Below are positions 9,754 through 20,714 of a stretch of 64,000 bases of DNA, one piece after another. The notes below the pieces were generated by a model that was not told the DNA's origin, searched no databases, and saw nothing but the letters and a program-made list of their open reading frames with translations. The DNA lies in assembly GCA_965601925.1 (NCBI GenBank), contig OZ271854.1:3584001-3648000 (forward strand), read 5' to 3'. Positions within the stretch are counted from its first letter, which is position 1, and the number at the start of each line of letters is the position of its first letter. Origin of the DNA: Alkalispirochaeta sp. (GTDB lineage Bacteria > Spirochaetota > Spirochaetia > DSM-27196 > Alkalispirochaetaceae). The position numbers and the translations under genes are program-made.

Positions 9754-10950
9754 TTACCTGAGCATCTCCTGCCCGCCGGTGACGGGAAGAGCCTGTCCCG
9801 TCTCGTACCGCTGTTCCACGACGTACATAATGGCTCGCACCACATCTGCGCCGGAGCACCCTCTCCCCATGGGAACTTTCGCCTCGTAGGCGCGTCTCAC
9901 ATCCTGAACCGTGTGTGCGCCGGGAACCTTCCCGGTCCGCAGGTACTGAACGAAGAGACCTCGCTCCGGATCGCTCCACAGCGGGCCGTCGAAGAAGTTG
10001 CCGGGGCAGATCGCGTTGACTTTGATGTTGTCGGCGATCAACTCCAGGGCAAAGCTCTGCACTAATCCGATGCCGCCGAATTTGCTACCGGCGTAGGCGC
10101 CGTTTTTGTTACTCCCGGCAAGGCCGCTCTTGGAGTTGATCTCGATGATGTCGGAGTACATCGGTCGGTCGGGCGATAGGGCGTGCGCCGCGGCGTTTTG
10201 GACGGCCAGCAGGCGTGCGGCGTGTTTACTCACCAAAAAGAATCCGCGATAGTTGACGCGCGTCACAAAATCGAAGTCGGAGGCCGACATCTCTTTGACG
10301 CTACCGGCCTTGAGCACACCCGCGTTGCTGACGACGATATCGACGCCGCCGTAGCGTCGTGCGAGCTCTCCCGCCATCGCTTCCACCGATGCTTCGTCGG
10401 TGACGTCGACTCGGAACGCGGCGTGGACCCCGGGGGCGGGGGAGACGGCATCCAGACGAGCAGCCGCTTTGCGCGCGCCGTCAAGATTGACATCGGCGAT
10501 CATCACCTGGGCGCCCGCGGCGGCCAACCCGCGGGCGATTTCATAGCCGAACCCTTGCGCACCGCCGGTCACCACCACAACGCGATGCATCACGACGTTC
10601 GCCCGCTCCTCGCCGACGGCTACCGTCGGATCGACTGCGCCGCGGTCCGTCCGTTCGTCGGGAGCCGTCGACGTAGCCGGCGCCGCGGCCGTGGCCGCCG
10701 CACGCACCACCGTATCGCCGATACGGATGTGCGAGGGGTGTCTGCCGGTGTGCGCCAATCGATCGCGATACGCCTGCGCGATCGCGGCGACCGTGACCGC
10801 AGCGTCGGGGAGGATAAACTCGTCGTACGAGGGGGGCGTCGCCTCCTTCGCGACGGCCCTGTCGACGATACGCAGGGTACGGGCCGTGTGCCCGTCCCAG
10901 GTACAGCCGCGGAGGGCCGCGATGCGCTCCTCGAGCGACAGGGGGCTCAC
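9754..10950 (-). CDS. SDR oxidoreductase, sorbitol-6-phosphate dehydrogenase (SrlD)-like, with ~120 aa N-terminal extension
   Basis: [53 protein letters not shown] start overlaps the E1 stop (GTGA). Confidence 0.82.
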   Translation of the reverse strand: MSPLSLEERIAALRGCTWDGHTARTLRIVDRAVAKEATPPSYDEFILPDAAVTVAAIAQAYRDRLAHTGRHPSHIRIGDTVVRAAATAAAPATSTAPDERTDRGAVDPTVAVGEERANVVMHRVVVVTGGAQGFGYEIARGLAAAGAQVMIADVNLDGARKAAARLDAVSPAPGVHAAFRVDVTDEASVEAMAGELARRYGGVDIVVSNAGVLKAGSVKEMSASDFDFVTRVNYRGFFLVSKHAARLLAVQNAAAHALSPDRPMYSDIIEINSKSGLAGSNKNGAYAGSKFGGIGLVQSFALELIADNIKVNAICPGNFFDGPLWSDPERGLFVQYLRTGKVPGAHTVQDVRRAYEAKVPMGRGCSGADVVRAIMYVVEQRYETGQALPVTGGQEMLR

Positions 10951-13406
10951 ACACCCTCCCGGTAGCGCCTCAGTACTTCGCCGTTCGTCTGGACGGTGGT
11001 GACGGTGTGGCCCGGAAGCGGGACGATGTGCTCGTGGATCGCGTCGACGATCCACTCGGGTTGCGGGAAAAAGGTGTCCTCCAGCTCGACAGCCGGGGTG
11101 ATCCAGTTGCGCGACCCGACGACCACCGGTGGCGCATCGAGATAGTCGAAGGCGAGGCGCGTTACGTTTCCGGCGATCGTATGGAGGAAGCTCCCCCGTT
11201 CCACCGCGTCGGAGGCGAGTACCAAACGGCCGGTCTTCTTGACCGACTCGACGATCGGCTCCAGATCCAACGGGTTGATGAAGCGCGCGTCGATCACCTC
11301 CGCCGAGAGCCCGTAGCGCTCCTGGAGTATGTCGGCCGCCTCTATCGCTTTGTAAAGGGTTGCGCCGATCGTGAGAAGCGTTACGTCGTTCCCGGTACGC
11401 TTCACGTCGGGCATTCCCTCGGGCACTTCGTAGTAATCGGTCGGTACGCCGGGAGTATGGAAGAGCTCGCCGATGTCGTAGATGCGCTGGCTCTCGAAGA
11501 AGACGACCGGATCGGTTCCGGACAGGGCGAGGTTGAGCATTCCCTTGGCGTCGTAAGGGGTGGCCGGAAAGTAGACTTTGAGACCCGGGATGTGGGCGGT
11601 AATGCTCGACCAGTCCTGGGAGTGCTGCGCGCCGTACTTGCTCCCCACCGAAACGCGCACTACCAACGGCATCCGGAGGACGCCGGCGCTCATCGACTGC
11701 CACTTGGCCATCTGGTTGAAGATCTCATCGCCGGCGCGCCCCATGAAGTCGTTGTACATGAGCTCTACCACTGCGCGCCCACCGGACAACGCGTAGCCGA
11801 CGCCGGTGCCGACGATCGCGCCCTCGGAGATCGGGGAGTTGAAGAGGCGATGGTACGGCAGCGCCTCGGTGAGGCCGCGGTAGACGGCGAAGGCGCCCCC
11901 CCAATCGCGATTCTCCTCGCCGTAGGCGACCATCGTGGGGTCGACGGCGAAGCGGTGGAGCATCGCCTCGAAGAGGGCGTCGCGCAGAGCAAAGGCTTTC
12001 ACCTTCGATACCGGTTTACCCGTCTTGTCCAGACCGAAGCGCTCTTTTTTGGCCAGCTGTTGCACCCGTGGGTTCTCCGCCGCCGATAGGTTCATCTCCG
12101 CCTCACGGTCGTCCAGGCGCTCCGCAGTGCGATTACTGAACATGTAGCCGCCGATGCGCTCTCCGGCCATGCGCGGACTCGCCTCGGGGTCGATCGCGAG
12201 GGTCATGGTGCGCTTGAGTGCCGCATTGATCCGGGAGTCCATATCGTCGAGTTCGCTCTTTGAGGCGACCTTATTCTCGACGAGGTACCGTCTGTAGGAG
12301 GCGAGGGCGTCGGCGTCCTTCCACAGTTCTATTTCCTCCTTCGTACGATACGAAGAGGCGTCGGAAGGAGAGTGGCCGCTGACACGGTAGGTGATCGTAT
12401 CGAGGAGCACCGGACCGGTGCCCGCCTCGAGGATCTCGCGCTTGCGTGCGATTGCGTCGGCCACGGCCAAGGGATTGTAGCCGTCGACGCGCTCCGCGTG
12501 CATGTTTTCCGGATTCACGCCGGCGCCCATGCGCGCGAGGATACGGAAGCCCATCGTCTCGCCGACCGTCTGGCCGCCCATACCGTAGAAGTTGTTGAAG
12601 AAGTTGAAGACTACCGGGGGGGCGCCGCCGAGTTCACCATCCCAGAGCGTGCGGTATTGCTCCATGGAGGCGATCATCATCGCCTCCCATACAGGGCCGC
12701 ATCCCGCCGAGGCGTCGCCGATATTGGCCACGACGATACCCGGTTTACGGTTGATCCGCTTGAACATCGCCGCACCGGCGGCGATGTCGGCGCTTCCTCC
12801 GACGATCGCATTGTTGGGCATGCTTCCGAACGGCGCAAAAAAGGCGTGCATCGATCCGCCCAGGCCACGGTTGAAGCCGTCGTTGCGCGCGAAGATCTCG
12901 GCGAGTGTGCCGTAGAGGATGAACTGTTCAGCCAACTCGGTGATCGACGAGGCGGCACCTCCCTTCTCGACCGTGCGCAGCGTATCGCCGTCTAAGTACT
13001 GCTCCATAGTGCGTTGCAGCGTCTCCTCGTCGAGTTTCGCGATCGCGCTGAGACACTTTGCCAAAATTTCGCCGTGGCTGCGGTGGCTGCCGAATATGAA
13101 GTCGTCGGCCGTCATGGTGAGAGCGAGCCCGACTGCAGCGCTCTCTTGTCCGATGGAAAGGTGCGCCGGCCCGGCGTGGGTGTAGGCGATGCCTTCCCAT
13201 TCGCCGGTCATTTTGATGCTGTTGAGCATGTTCTCAAACTCGCGGATGAGCGCCATGTCGTAGTAGACGCGCCCCAGCACCTCATCGCCGTAGGTTTTGC
13301 GCTCCTCTTTTATGTCCGGCGTATATTGGTTGACCGGAATCGGCGCGATTTCGATCCGGTCGGCTTTGCGTACGGCGGTCGGGTCGACAATCAGTGTTTT
13401 CGGCAT
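10947..13406 (-). CDS. ThDP-dependent 2-oxoacid dehydrogenase-family E1 alpha/beta fusion
   Basis: HLSIGQE, GSHRSHG, GGSMH, GDAS...NNFY ThDP motif, YRVSGHS (alpha); [20 protein letters not shown] (beta). Confidence 0.92.
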   Translation of the reverse strand: MPKTLIVDPTAVRKADRIEIAPIPVNQYTPDIKEERKTYGDEVLGRVYYDMALIREFENMLNSIKMTGEWEGIAYTHAGPAHLSIGQESAAVGLALTMTADDFIFGSHRSHGEILAKCLSAIAKLDEETLQRTMEQYLDGDTLRTVEKGGAASSITELAEQFILYGTLAEIFARNDGFNRGLGGSMHAFFAPFGSMPNNAIVGGSADIAAGAAMFKRINRKPGIVVANIGDASAGCGPVWEAMMIASMEQYRTLWDGELGGAPPVVFNFFNNFYGMGGQTVGETMGFRILARMGAGVNPENMHAERVDGYNPLAVADAIARKREILEAGTGPVLLDTITYRVSGHSPSDASSYRTKEEIELWKDADALASYRRYLVENKVASKSELDDMDSRINAALKRTMTLAIDPEASPRMAGERIGGYMFSNRTAERLDDREAEMNLSAAENPRVQQLAKKERFGLDKTGKPVSKVKAFALRDALFEAMLHRFAVDPTMVAYGEENRDWGGAFAVYRGLTEALPYHRLFNSPISEGAIVGTGVGYALSGGRAVVELMYNDFMGRAGDEIFNQMAKWQSMSAGVLRMPLVVRVSVGSKYGAQHSQDWSSITAHIPGLKVYFPATPYDAKGMLNLALSGTDPVVFFESQRIYDIGELFHTPGVPTDYYEVPEGMPDVKRTGNDVTLLTIGATLYKAIEAADILQERYGLSAEVIDARFINPLDLEPIVESVKKTGRLVLASDAVERGSFLHTIAGNVTRLAFDYLDAPPVVVGSRNWITPAVELEDTFFPQPEWIVDAIHEHIVPLPGHTVTTVQTNGEVLRRYREGV

Positions 13407-13436
13407 CGCTTTACTCCCTCTTTCGGTACGAGTGTT

Positions 13437-14840
13437 CTATAGCTCTAGTGCCCACGCGGCGTCGCGGAGCGCCTCTCCCACCGTAGGGTGCGGAAAGACG
13501 ATCTCCCGAATGTCGCGGATTCGCAGTTCTTGTTCGATCATGACTGCTGCGCTGTGAATGATCTCACCGACACCGCTGCCGAGCATGCGTACGCCCACAA
13601 GGCGCCCCGTCGCCCGTTCGGCGACGACGGTAACCGAGCCGCGTTCGGCCGGATGTTCGGCGAGATAGCGGCCGCTCACGCGCAACGGAAGCTGTACGCT
13701 CGTCACCTCGATTCCCGCGTCCTCCGCCTCACGTGCGTCCATACCGCAACCGGCGACCTCGGGGGAGGTGAAGACGACCCACGGAACGGCGTGGTATCGC
13801 ATGCGGTTGGGCCATACGGCGCGTCCCGCCGCTCCGCCGTCGGTGGGACGAAACATGTGCGACACGGCAACTTCGCCCATACGATAGGCGGCGTGGGCGA
13901 GGAGCATGCGGCCCGTGATATCTCCCGCCGCATACACGCCCGGTAGATTGGTTTGCATGTATTCGTCGACGCGCACGCCGTTGCGCTCAACATCCAGCCC
14001 CGCCTCGCGGAGACCCGCGCCGTCCACGTGAGGTACGCGGCCGGTGGCGAGGAGGACGACATCGGCCTCGATACGTGCGACATCGCCCCCATTCGCCGGT
14101 ACAACGCGGACGAGCGCCCCGTCGGTACGGTCCTCGATCGCCTCGACGCGGTGTCCCAGTCGATAGTCAATCGCCGGAAGCTGTTTGCGCAACTCTCGCG
14201 CGGTCGTCGGATCGAGCATGGGAATGATCTCGTCGGTCATCTCGACGACGGTGACTTGAACGCCGACGGCGGCGAAATAGGTGGCGAACTCCATGCCGAT
14301 GTAGCCGCCGCCGATCACAACCAACCGTTCGGGCAGGGCGGAAACGGTGAGAATCTCGCGGCTGGTAAGGACGTGTGGACTCTCGGCAAGCCCCGGGATC
14401 GGCGGGCGTGCCGACGTTCCTCCGGTGGCAAGCAGCACATAGTCGGAACGTACTTCCTCGCCCTCGACCTCCACTCGACCGGGTCCCAGAAGACGCGCGG
14501 TAGCGGTGCGTACCTCGACGTGGTGTCGCTTCATCTGCGAGAGAATGCCCTTTTGTAAGGTCTCAATCGTCTTCGCCTTGTGCGCCATAGCGGCGGCGAG
14601 ATCGTAGCGCGCTCCGGTGACGGTGACGCCGAAGCGCTCCGATTCGTTGGCCTCGCGATACAGCTTAGCGCCGTGGAGGAGCGTCTTGGTTGGGATGCAC
14701 CCCTCGTTGAGACAAACTCCGCCGATCGCGCGTTCCTCGATCAACAGAACCGACTTTCCGAGGCTCCCGGCGCGTTCCGCGGCGATGTATCCTGCGGGCC
14801 CACCGCCGACGATAATCAGGTCGTAGTGCTTCATCGTCAT
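13437..14840 (-). CDS. lpdA: Dihydrolipoyl dehydrogenase (E3)
   Basis: GGGPAGY, GGVCLNEGCIPTK, GGGYIGME, LAHAA, FPHPTVGE. Confidence 0.95.
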   Translation of the reverse strand: MTMKHYDLIIVGGGPAGYIAAERAGSLGKSVLLIEERAIGGVCLNEGCIPTKTLLHGAKLYREANESERFGVTVTGARYDLAAAMAHKAKTIETLQKGILSQMKRHHVEVRTATARLLGPGRVEVEGEEVRSDYVLLATGGTSARPPIPGLAESPHVLTSREILTVSALPERLVVIGGGYIGMEFATYFAAVGVQVTVVEMTDEIIPMLDPTTARELRKQLPAIDYRLGHRVEAIEDRTDGALVRVVPANGGDVARIEADVVLLATGRVPHVDGAGLREAGLDVERNGVRVDEYMQTNLPGVYAAGDITGRMLLAHAAYRMGEVAVSHMFRPTDGGAAGRAVWPNRMRYHAVPWVVFTSPEVAGCGMDAREAEDAGIEVTSVQLPLRVSGRYLAEHPAERGSVTVVAERATGRLVGVRMLGSGVGEIIHSAAVMIEQELRIRDIREIVFPHPTVGEALRDAAWALEL

Positions 14841-14844
14841 GATC

Positions 14845-16197
14845 CTACAAGGCCAACAACAGATCGAACTGCGCGATACCGCGACTCAACGCCTGCAGGA
14901 ATCGCGCGCCCGGTGCGCCGTCCACCGCTTGGTGGTCGATGGTGAGAGAGAGTCCGATATGAGGAATGTGTTCCACCTCCCCGCCGGGCGTCTCTACCGC
15001 TTTGAGCGTAATTGAGCCGACACCGACGATCGCCACCTGCGGCGGATTCAGCACCGGGGTGAAGCGCTCGATACCGAACGCACCCAGATTCGTTACGGTG
15101 AGAGTCGCGGGAGCCAGATCCGCAGGTCGTGCTTTACCGTCAACGGCGCGCTGGGCGAGTTCCTTGGCCGTCCGGCTGAGCTCCGCAAGGGAGAGGCCGT
15201 GCGCACCTCGGATCGTGGGAACGAGGAGTCCGCGCGATGTGTCGACGGCATACCCCAGATCGACTCCGGCAAAGCGTCTAATCGTCTCTCCGGTGAAGTG
15301 TGCGTTTACCGCTCCGAAATCCGCGGCCGTACGCGCCACGGCGTACATCACCATATCGTTGATCGTCACCCCGCGGAGGCCCAACGCCTCGCCGTCCGCC
15401 TTAAAGTGCGCACGCATTCGGCGCAGAGCGCGCGCGTCGGCGCTCCCGTGAAGGGTGAGTTGAGCGGTTGTGGCGAGTGAGCTGTGCATGCGCTCGGCGA
15501 TCGTCTTGCGTATCCCCGTTACGGCGATCTGTTCGGCGACGACCGCCTGTCCGACCGGCGGCGTCGTCGGCGGTGCAGGGAGAGCGGCGGTCGCAATATC
15601 GGCGGTGGTGACTCGCGCGCCGATCCCGCGTCCCACCGCATCCGCCCGCCCGGTCGCCTTCGCCGCAGCGGCGGTCGCCGGATGGTCCTCGGCGGCAGCG
15701 GTCACGTCGCGTTCGATGATCCGACCGCCGGGACCGGTGCCCACGAGTGAGGCGACGTCGATACCCGTTGCCTCGGCCCGCATCCGGGCGCGCGGGCTTA
15801 CCGGGCGCGACCCGCCCACTGAGTCGTGGGGATGTCCGGTCGTCGGGAGCGAGGTGGTCGACGCCGCGGGCTTCGGAGTCGCATCGGCGCTCGTCGCCTC
15901 CGTCCGATCGTACGCTTCGCCGTCTCGATCCGCAGTACCGAAGGACGATACGTCTTCGCCCGGCTCACCGACCACGACGATCGGCGTCTTTACCGGAATC
16001 TCGTCTCCCGTATCGGCGAGAAGAGCCAACACCGTGCCGCTCTCCGTCGATTCGACCTCCATCGTCGCCTTATCGGTCTCGACTTCACACAACGCATCGC
16101 CGGTCGACACCGTATCGCCCACGGCGACCTTCCATTCGAGAAGGACCACGCTTTCCACCGAGTTCCCCTGTTGGGGAAGCACGACCGTTTCCGCCAT
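14845..16197 (-). CDS. Dihydrolipoamide acyltransferase (E2)
   Basis: Lipoyl domain VETDKA, E3-binding SPRAR..GTGPGGRI, catalytic DHQAVDGA. Confidence 0.93.
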   Translation of the reverse strand: MAETVVLPQQGNSVESVVLLEWKVAVGDTVSTGDALCEVETDKATMEVESTESGTVLALLADTGDEIPVKTPIVVVGEPGEDVSSFGTADRDGEAYDRTEATSADATPKPAASTTSLPTTGHPHDSVGGSRPVSPRARMRAEATGIDVASLVGTGPGGRIIERDVTAAAEDHPATAAAAKATGRADAVGRGIGARVTTADIATAALPAPPTTPPVGQAVVAEQIAVTGIRKTIAERMHSSLATTAQLTLHGSADARALRRMRAHFKADGEALGLRGVTINDMVMYAVARTAADFGAVNAHFTGETIRRFAGVDLGYAVDTSRGLLVPTIRGAHGLSLAELSRTAKELAQRAVDGKARPADLAPATLTVTNLGAFGIERFTPVLNPPQVAIVGVGSITLKAVETPGGEVEHIPHIGLSLTIDHQAVDGAPGARFLQALSRGIAQFDLLLAL

Positions 16198-16215
16198 TAT
16201 CTCCTCCGTATGCTC

Positions 16216-16980
16216 TTACTGCGTCGCGACGCACACGACACGTACGCCGGTCTCTTCCAACTCCGACCGCCCCCCCTCGGGAAGAGCATCGTCGGTGACG
16301 ATGATATCGATCCGATGTAAGGGCAGGACGCGCACGAACCCGGTCCTGCCGAACTTTCCGCTGTCGGCCAATACGACGACTCTGTCGGCCTGGGAGGCCA
16401 TGCGGCGTACTATCTCCGCCCCCTCGACTAAGTGCGTCGAGAGCCCGTTGGCTACCGAAAAGCCGTCGGTTCCCACGAAGGCGGTCTTCACATGGAACTG
16501 CGCCAGCGTATCCAGGGCCAACGGGCCGACGATGCTCTCATTGGCGGGACGAAACTCACCGCCCACCACATTAACGCGCAACCCCGGATTACCGCGAGCG
16601 TGGGCGAGTGCGAGGGAGTTATTGGTGACCACACTGACGTCACGCTTGCCCAACAGAAAGCGTGCAACCATCGCGGTGGTCGTTCCCGCCTCGATCATGA
16701 TCGTATCGCCGTCGTCCACCATGGAGGCGGCATACTCGGCGATGGCCCGCTTCTCGCGTTGTTTCGTCTGCTCGCGTTCGACGATCTCGGGATGAATCGT
16801 GGGGATGGCGCCGCCGCGTACTCGGTACAGGTAGCCCTTCTCGGCCAGCGCGTTGAGATACGAGCGCATCGTCACCGACGAGACCGACAACTCCTTGGCG
16901 AGGTCCGCGACTCCCAAGTTCGGATCCTTGACCAAAAAAGTGAGAACCTGCTGTTCTTTTTCGTTAAGCCGTGGGATCAT
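16216..16980 (-). CDS. DeoR/GlpR family transcriptional regulator
   Basis: N-terminal HTH (VSSVTMRSYL..RVRGGA), EAGTT, VVTNNS, LADSGKFG. Confidence 0.93.
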   Translation of the reverse strand: MIPRLNEKEQQVLTFLVKDPNLGVADLAKELSVSSVTMRSYLNALAEKGYLYRVRGGAIPTIHPEIVEREQTKQREKRAIAEYAASMVDDGDTIMIEAGTTTAMVARFLLGKRDVSVVTNNSLALAHARGNPGLRVNVVGGEFRPANESIVGPLALDTLAQFHVKTAFVGTDGFSVANGLSTHLVEGAEIVRRMASQADRVVVLADSGKFGRTGFVRVLPLHRIDIIVTDDALPEGGRSELEETGVRVVCVATQ

Positions 16981-17008
16981 TGGTTTATTGCAAGCCTTTC
17001 AAAAGACT

Positions 17009-17037
17009 ATGATAAGGAAAAGAAAAGAATTACGCAA
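17009..17037 (-). promoter_or_regulatory. Sigma70-type promoter of the DeoR-E2-E3-E1-SDR operon
   Basis: Minus strand TTGCGT-17 nt-TATCAT in an AT-rich patch 28 nt before the DeoR ATG. Confidence 0.6.
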
Positions 17038-17143
17038 GATATATTTATGAATCACGAGTACACGCGGAACGACGCGCGTCCATCGTACCCAGAGCAGAGG
17101 TGCGGTACGTCGGTATCCGGCGCAGCTTCGGAGGACGGTGTAT

Positions 17144-18433
17144 TTACCGCGCGGTTCGGGCTACGCGCATGAGAAGCAGCGCGGCGAGGCCTGAGGCGGC
17201 AGAGGTTGCGAGCCACACGGTACGCGTGGTGGTTGTTTGGATTAGAGCGCCGGCGAGAATGGGGCTCAACATCGAACCCGCGGAAAATATCGCCGGCAGC
17301 GCGCTCACGTATCGACCGCGCATCGAAGCCGGAGCGCGGGAGACGATAAAAACGCTGATGTGGATAGCGTTGAGAATCTCTCCGATCGTCCACACGACCG
17401 TGGAGAGGAGGTACAAAGGATAGGTGTGTACCAGCGGAAGCATCCCGAAGCCGACGAGCATGCATACGGTACCGAGAATGATACTTCGAATGGCGGTCAG
17501 ACGCTTGGTAACCGCGGTAAGGATGGGCGTGAGGACGATAACCACACCGGCGTTAAGAGCCATGATCGTCGCGAACCGCGAGGTACCGGCGGCGCCGAAG
17601 TCCTCGATGAGCTGTAGGGGGAGGGCAAAGTCGTGTTGCGCATAGGTCAGCTGTGCCAGAATCGCCGCTACGACAAACAATAGGATCGAACGATCGCCGA
17701 GGAACGTAGAGAGGAAGCGTCCCCCGGTTGCGCCGTCGACGCGCGATTCGGCGGCCGGTGGGTCGGGATCGTCGTCGGCGGTGCGAGCGGCAACGGCCCG
17801 TCCGCGACCGACGAACACGGACGCCAGCGCGCCGGTTCCGACGAGTACGACCGCAGCCGACAGCACCGAACTCACCGCATCTCCGCCGAATACGAGACGC
17901 GGATTGGTGGCGAAGAGCCAACCGGCGGCGATGGGAGCGGCGATGTAGCCGATGTTATGCACGAGATACAACAACGAGAAGGCTACTGCGTGGTGCTCCG
18001 GATCGGTCTCTTCCCCGGCGATTGAGGCCATTGACGGGCGCCACGCACCGTGAAAAAAGTAGCCCGCTACCAAGGCTATGCCGACTATGTGTTCCACCTC
18101 GGTCACGGAGCCGACGGCAAAGGCGAGAGCGTTAAGAAGCAACGTCCCACCCAAAATCCACACTTTGGACCAACGATCCAGGAGCGCACCGGCGCCGATC
18201 GTGCCCGCTAAGAACGCGGCGCGACACGCAAAGAGCCATATCCCCGCCTCGACGGGGCTCATCCCCAAGTGTTGAATCAACAGCGGCGTGGCGAGAAGCA
18301 CTACGAAGCTGCCCATGGAGTTGAGAAGCCGGCCGAAGGCGACGATCAGTACCGTCGGCGGCAAACGAAGGTAGTCTCTCAGAATGGTAACCATGCTACG
18401 GCGTCCGCCTCCAACGTTTGTATCTTCCGACAT
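17144..18433 (-). CDS. MFS transporter
   Basis: About 12 hydrophobic helices, GALLDRWSK motif A-like, APASMRGRY; start estimated at MSEDTNV. Confidence 0.88.
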   Translation of the reverse strand: MSEDTNVGGGRRSMVTILRDYLRLPPTVLIVAFGRLLNSMGSFVVLLATPLLIQHLGMSPVEAGIWLFACRAAFLAGTIGAGALLDRWSKVWILGGTLLLNALAFAVGSVTEVEHIVGIALVAGYFFHGAWRPSMASIAGEETDPEHHAVAFSLLYLVHNIGYIAAPIAAGWLFATNPRLVFGGDAVSSVLSAAVVLVGTGALASVFVGRGRAVAARTADDDPDPPAAESRVDGATGGRFLSTFLGDRSILLFVVAAILAQLTYAQHDFALPLQLIEDFGAAGTSRFATIMALNAGVVIVLTPILTAVTKRLTAIRSIILGTVCMLVGFGMLPLVHTYPLYLLSTVVWTIGEILNAIHISVFIVSRAPASMRGRYVSALPAIFSAGSMLSPILAGALIQTTTTRTVWLATSAASGLAALLLMRVARTAR

Positions 18434-18605
18434 ATGTTCCACGATTTCGTAATCGTGAAATCGTAAGGAATGTATACTTGGACTGAGCCGCAGGTCAACA
18501 CGAGATAAGAGAAATCGAACGAATGCAACGATATGTTGCGCGACGCCGTTCCAAAGACGGTACGTCGCACTGTTTTTCCATCCCGAAGATGAGTAGGATA
18601 AGGGT

Positions 18606-19388
18606 ATGGAGCGCATGAGATGTCTGCACGCCGCGACCCGTATCGCGACGATGATCGGAGCGATCGTCGTCCTCGGCGCGTGCGACTGGGATTTGATAGG
18701 AGAGTCGGAAGAGTACGAGGAGGCCGAGGTGATGTTCTATAACGCCGTCGGTTCGTACGGTGAGGAGGCCGCGATAGACGTCGCCGTTTCGTATCACGAC
18801 GACGATGATAGTTTCTTTCTCCTGACCGAGATCGACTATGCCGAACGGGGCGGCTACTACGGGCTTATCGCCGACACGCGAGAGTTTCGCATATACGAGG
18901 ACGGCACCGATCGCGAGCTTACGCGCGGAACCGTCGAGTTAACCGCGGATGAGTACTACAGCGTCATCGCCTACTCGCGAGATCTTTCGGTGGAAGGTCA
19001 GTTGCTGATCGTCCGGGACGGACCTCCGGAGGACGGATCCAACCTGCCCATGGTTCGCGTGGCCTACGTCCCCGGGGACGTCGACGCGGCGACCGCTGAG
19101 TTTGCGATCAATACCGGATCCGGCGGCACACCCGTTTGGAGCGTCTTCGACGGGCTGGATGATCTGGACCGCGGCGAGGTGACGCAGTACGTCGCGTTAG
19201 ATAGCGGAACGTTCGAAGTGGAATTACGGGAGGTCGATGGGGGCGCGGTCCTCGCCGCCCAGAGTGCTACGATTGATACGGGGTTACACTACATGATCAT
19301 CGTATCGGGCTATATCGATGCGACCCGATTTCGAAGCGGCGGCAACGCCGACAATCCGGAACTCCGAATCGACGTGTATCGCGAGTAG
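18606..19388 (+). CDS. Lipoprotein with DUF4397-like repeated beta domains
   Basis: VVLGAC lipobox; two repeats (VMFYNAV..AIDV / VRVAYVP..; YYSVIA / YMIIVSG). Confidence 0.72.
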   Translation: MERMRCLHAATRIATMIGAIVVLGACDWDLIGESEEYEEAEVMFYNAVGSYGEEAAIDVAVSYHDDDDSFFLLTEIDYAERGGYYGLIADTREFRIYEDGTDRELTRGTVELTADEYYSVIAYSRDLSVEGQLLIVRDGPPEDGSNLPMVRVAYVPGDVDAATAEFAINTGSGGTPVWSVFDGLDDLDRGEVTQYVALDSGTFEVELREVDGGAVLAAQSATIDTGLHYMIIVSGYIDATRFRSGGNADNPELRIDVYRE

Positions 19389-19405
19389 CGCCGCCGATAG
19401 CCGCC

Positions 19406-20713
19406 TTACGCGCCTACGTCGCCGGCGTACGTGTCGGCCGCCACAGGGGTGCGGATGATCCAGGTGGTAAACGGATTGCGGCACAGCGAAAGCGTCGCGT
19501 TAATCTGGTCCGCGAGGGCCTTCACGATACGCAGTCCGCCGGAATCGAGTCTGTCGATCTCGACCGACTCGGGGATGCCGATACCGTGGTCTTCCACCGT
19601 AGCCGTGAGCCACCCCTCCTGATACGTGAGAAAAACCCAGATCGGACGTTCGGGCAGATCCTCCGCATAGGCGTGCTGAACGACATTGGAGAAGAGTTCG
19701 TTAATGATGAGGCCCAGGGGAATCGCAACATCCATCTCCACCGCGATGCCCTTGATGGCGTCTGTTTCGATATAGAGCGAGGTTATGAGTCCGCTGCGGA
19801 GATAACTCTCGGTAATCGCCCTGACAAATTGTTCGACACCGACAATAGAGACCCCGTCGCTGTCGTGAAACATCTCATGCGTTTTCGCCATCGTCCGTAC
19901 CCTCCGCTCGGCCTCGTCGAGAATCTCGTCGACCGACTTTTCCGTATCTTGTTTTCCCCGTTGCAGGGACAGCAGACTTGCCACGATTTGTAAATTGTTT
20001 TTGGTGCGATGATGGATCTCTTTAAGCAGCATTGCGTTGCGGCGTTGTAACGCTTCGGACTGCTCTAGAGCTTTCGCCAACGCCTCGGTTCGGAGGCGAA
20101 TTTGTTCTTCGAGGTGTGCTTTGCGGTGTTTTATCTCTTGCCACGCCGCGTTTCCTATGGCCCAAAAAATGACACAAATCATTGTTGCGCCAGTGATCCA
20201 AAGCAAGATAAAAACCGTAGGTTGATCTGTCCATCGACCGATACTAATGACCACGGCCGTGAAGTACGACAGGAACACGGGACCAAGAGTTAGAATTGGA
20301 CGGCCGGTGAACTTGTCGTAAGCTAGTCCGAGCGCCAGTCCGATACCAAGAAAAAGTAGACTGGTCAGATCCCCTTGATCCGCTGTGATAGCCGAGGTAA
20401 ATGCAACAGCGAATGGGGCATATGTTTGAATCCATTGGGCTAATGGATTTCTAGAAAAGGCAGTGTAGAAACCAACAGATATCCAAATTGAAGTGAACCA
20501 AACGTTGTAGTGGCGTAATGCTTCAAGATGAGATTGTTCGAAGACAGTCGTTAGGTAGTAAAAAGAAAGCGACACGGAACCGATCGACCCCATCGCAATC
20601 GCAAGTCCAACTGTTTTCTGGAGCTTGCGCACTACCGCATTTGTCGATGACTGCGTGTATATGATTGCTTCGTCGAGCGGTGACTTTGCTAAGTCACCGC
20701 TATCGTTCTTCAA
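19406..20713 (-). CDS. Membrane sensor histidine kinase, HisKA_2 family
   Basis: About 6 N-terminal TM helices; EIHHRTKNNLQIVASLLSLQ H-box; NELFSNVVQHAY, VEDHGIGIP, GGLRIV; TTG start 1 nt after the upstream stop. Confidence 0.9.
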   Translation of the reverse strand: MKNDSGDLAKSPLDEAIIYTQSSTNAVVRKLQKTVGLAIAMGSIGSVSLSFYYLTTVFEQSHLEALRHYNVWFTSIWISVGFYTAFSRNPLAQWIQTYAPFAVAFTSAITADQGDLTSLLFLGIGLALGLAYDKFTGRPILTLGPVFLSYFTAVVISIGRWTDQPTVFILLWITGATMICVIFWAIGNAAWQEIKHRKAHLEEQIRLRTEALAKALEQSEALQRRNAMLLKEIHHRTKNNLQIVASLLSLQRGKQDTEKSVDEILDEAERRVRTMAKTHEMFHDSDGVSIVGVEQFVRAITESYLRSGLITSLYIETDAIKGIAVEMDVAIPLGLIINELFSNVVQHAYAEDLPERPIWVFLTYQEGWLTATVEDHGIGIPESVEIDRLDSGGLRIVKALADQINATLSLCRNPFTTWIIRTPVAADTYAGDVGA

Positions 20714-20714
20714 A

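Noticed and set aside
10951..11703. 649 aa version of the SDR ORF
   Set aside because: The extra N-terminus is an Arg-rich off-frame reading of the E1 gene; a GTG start overlapping the E1 stop is more plausible
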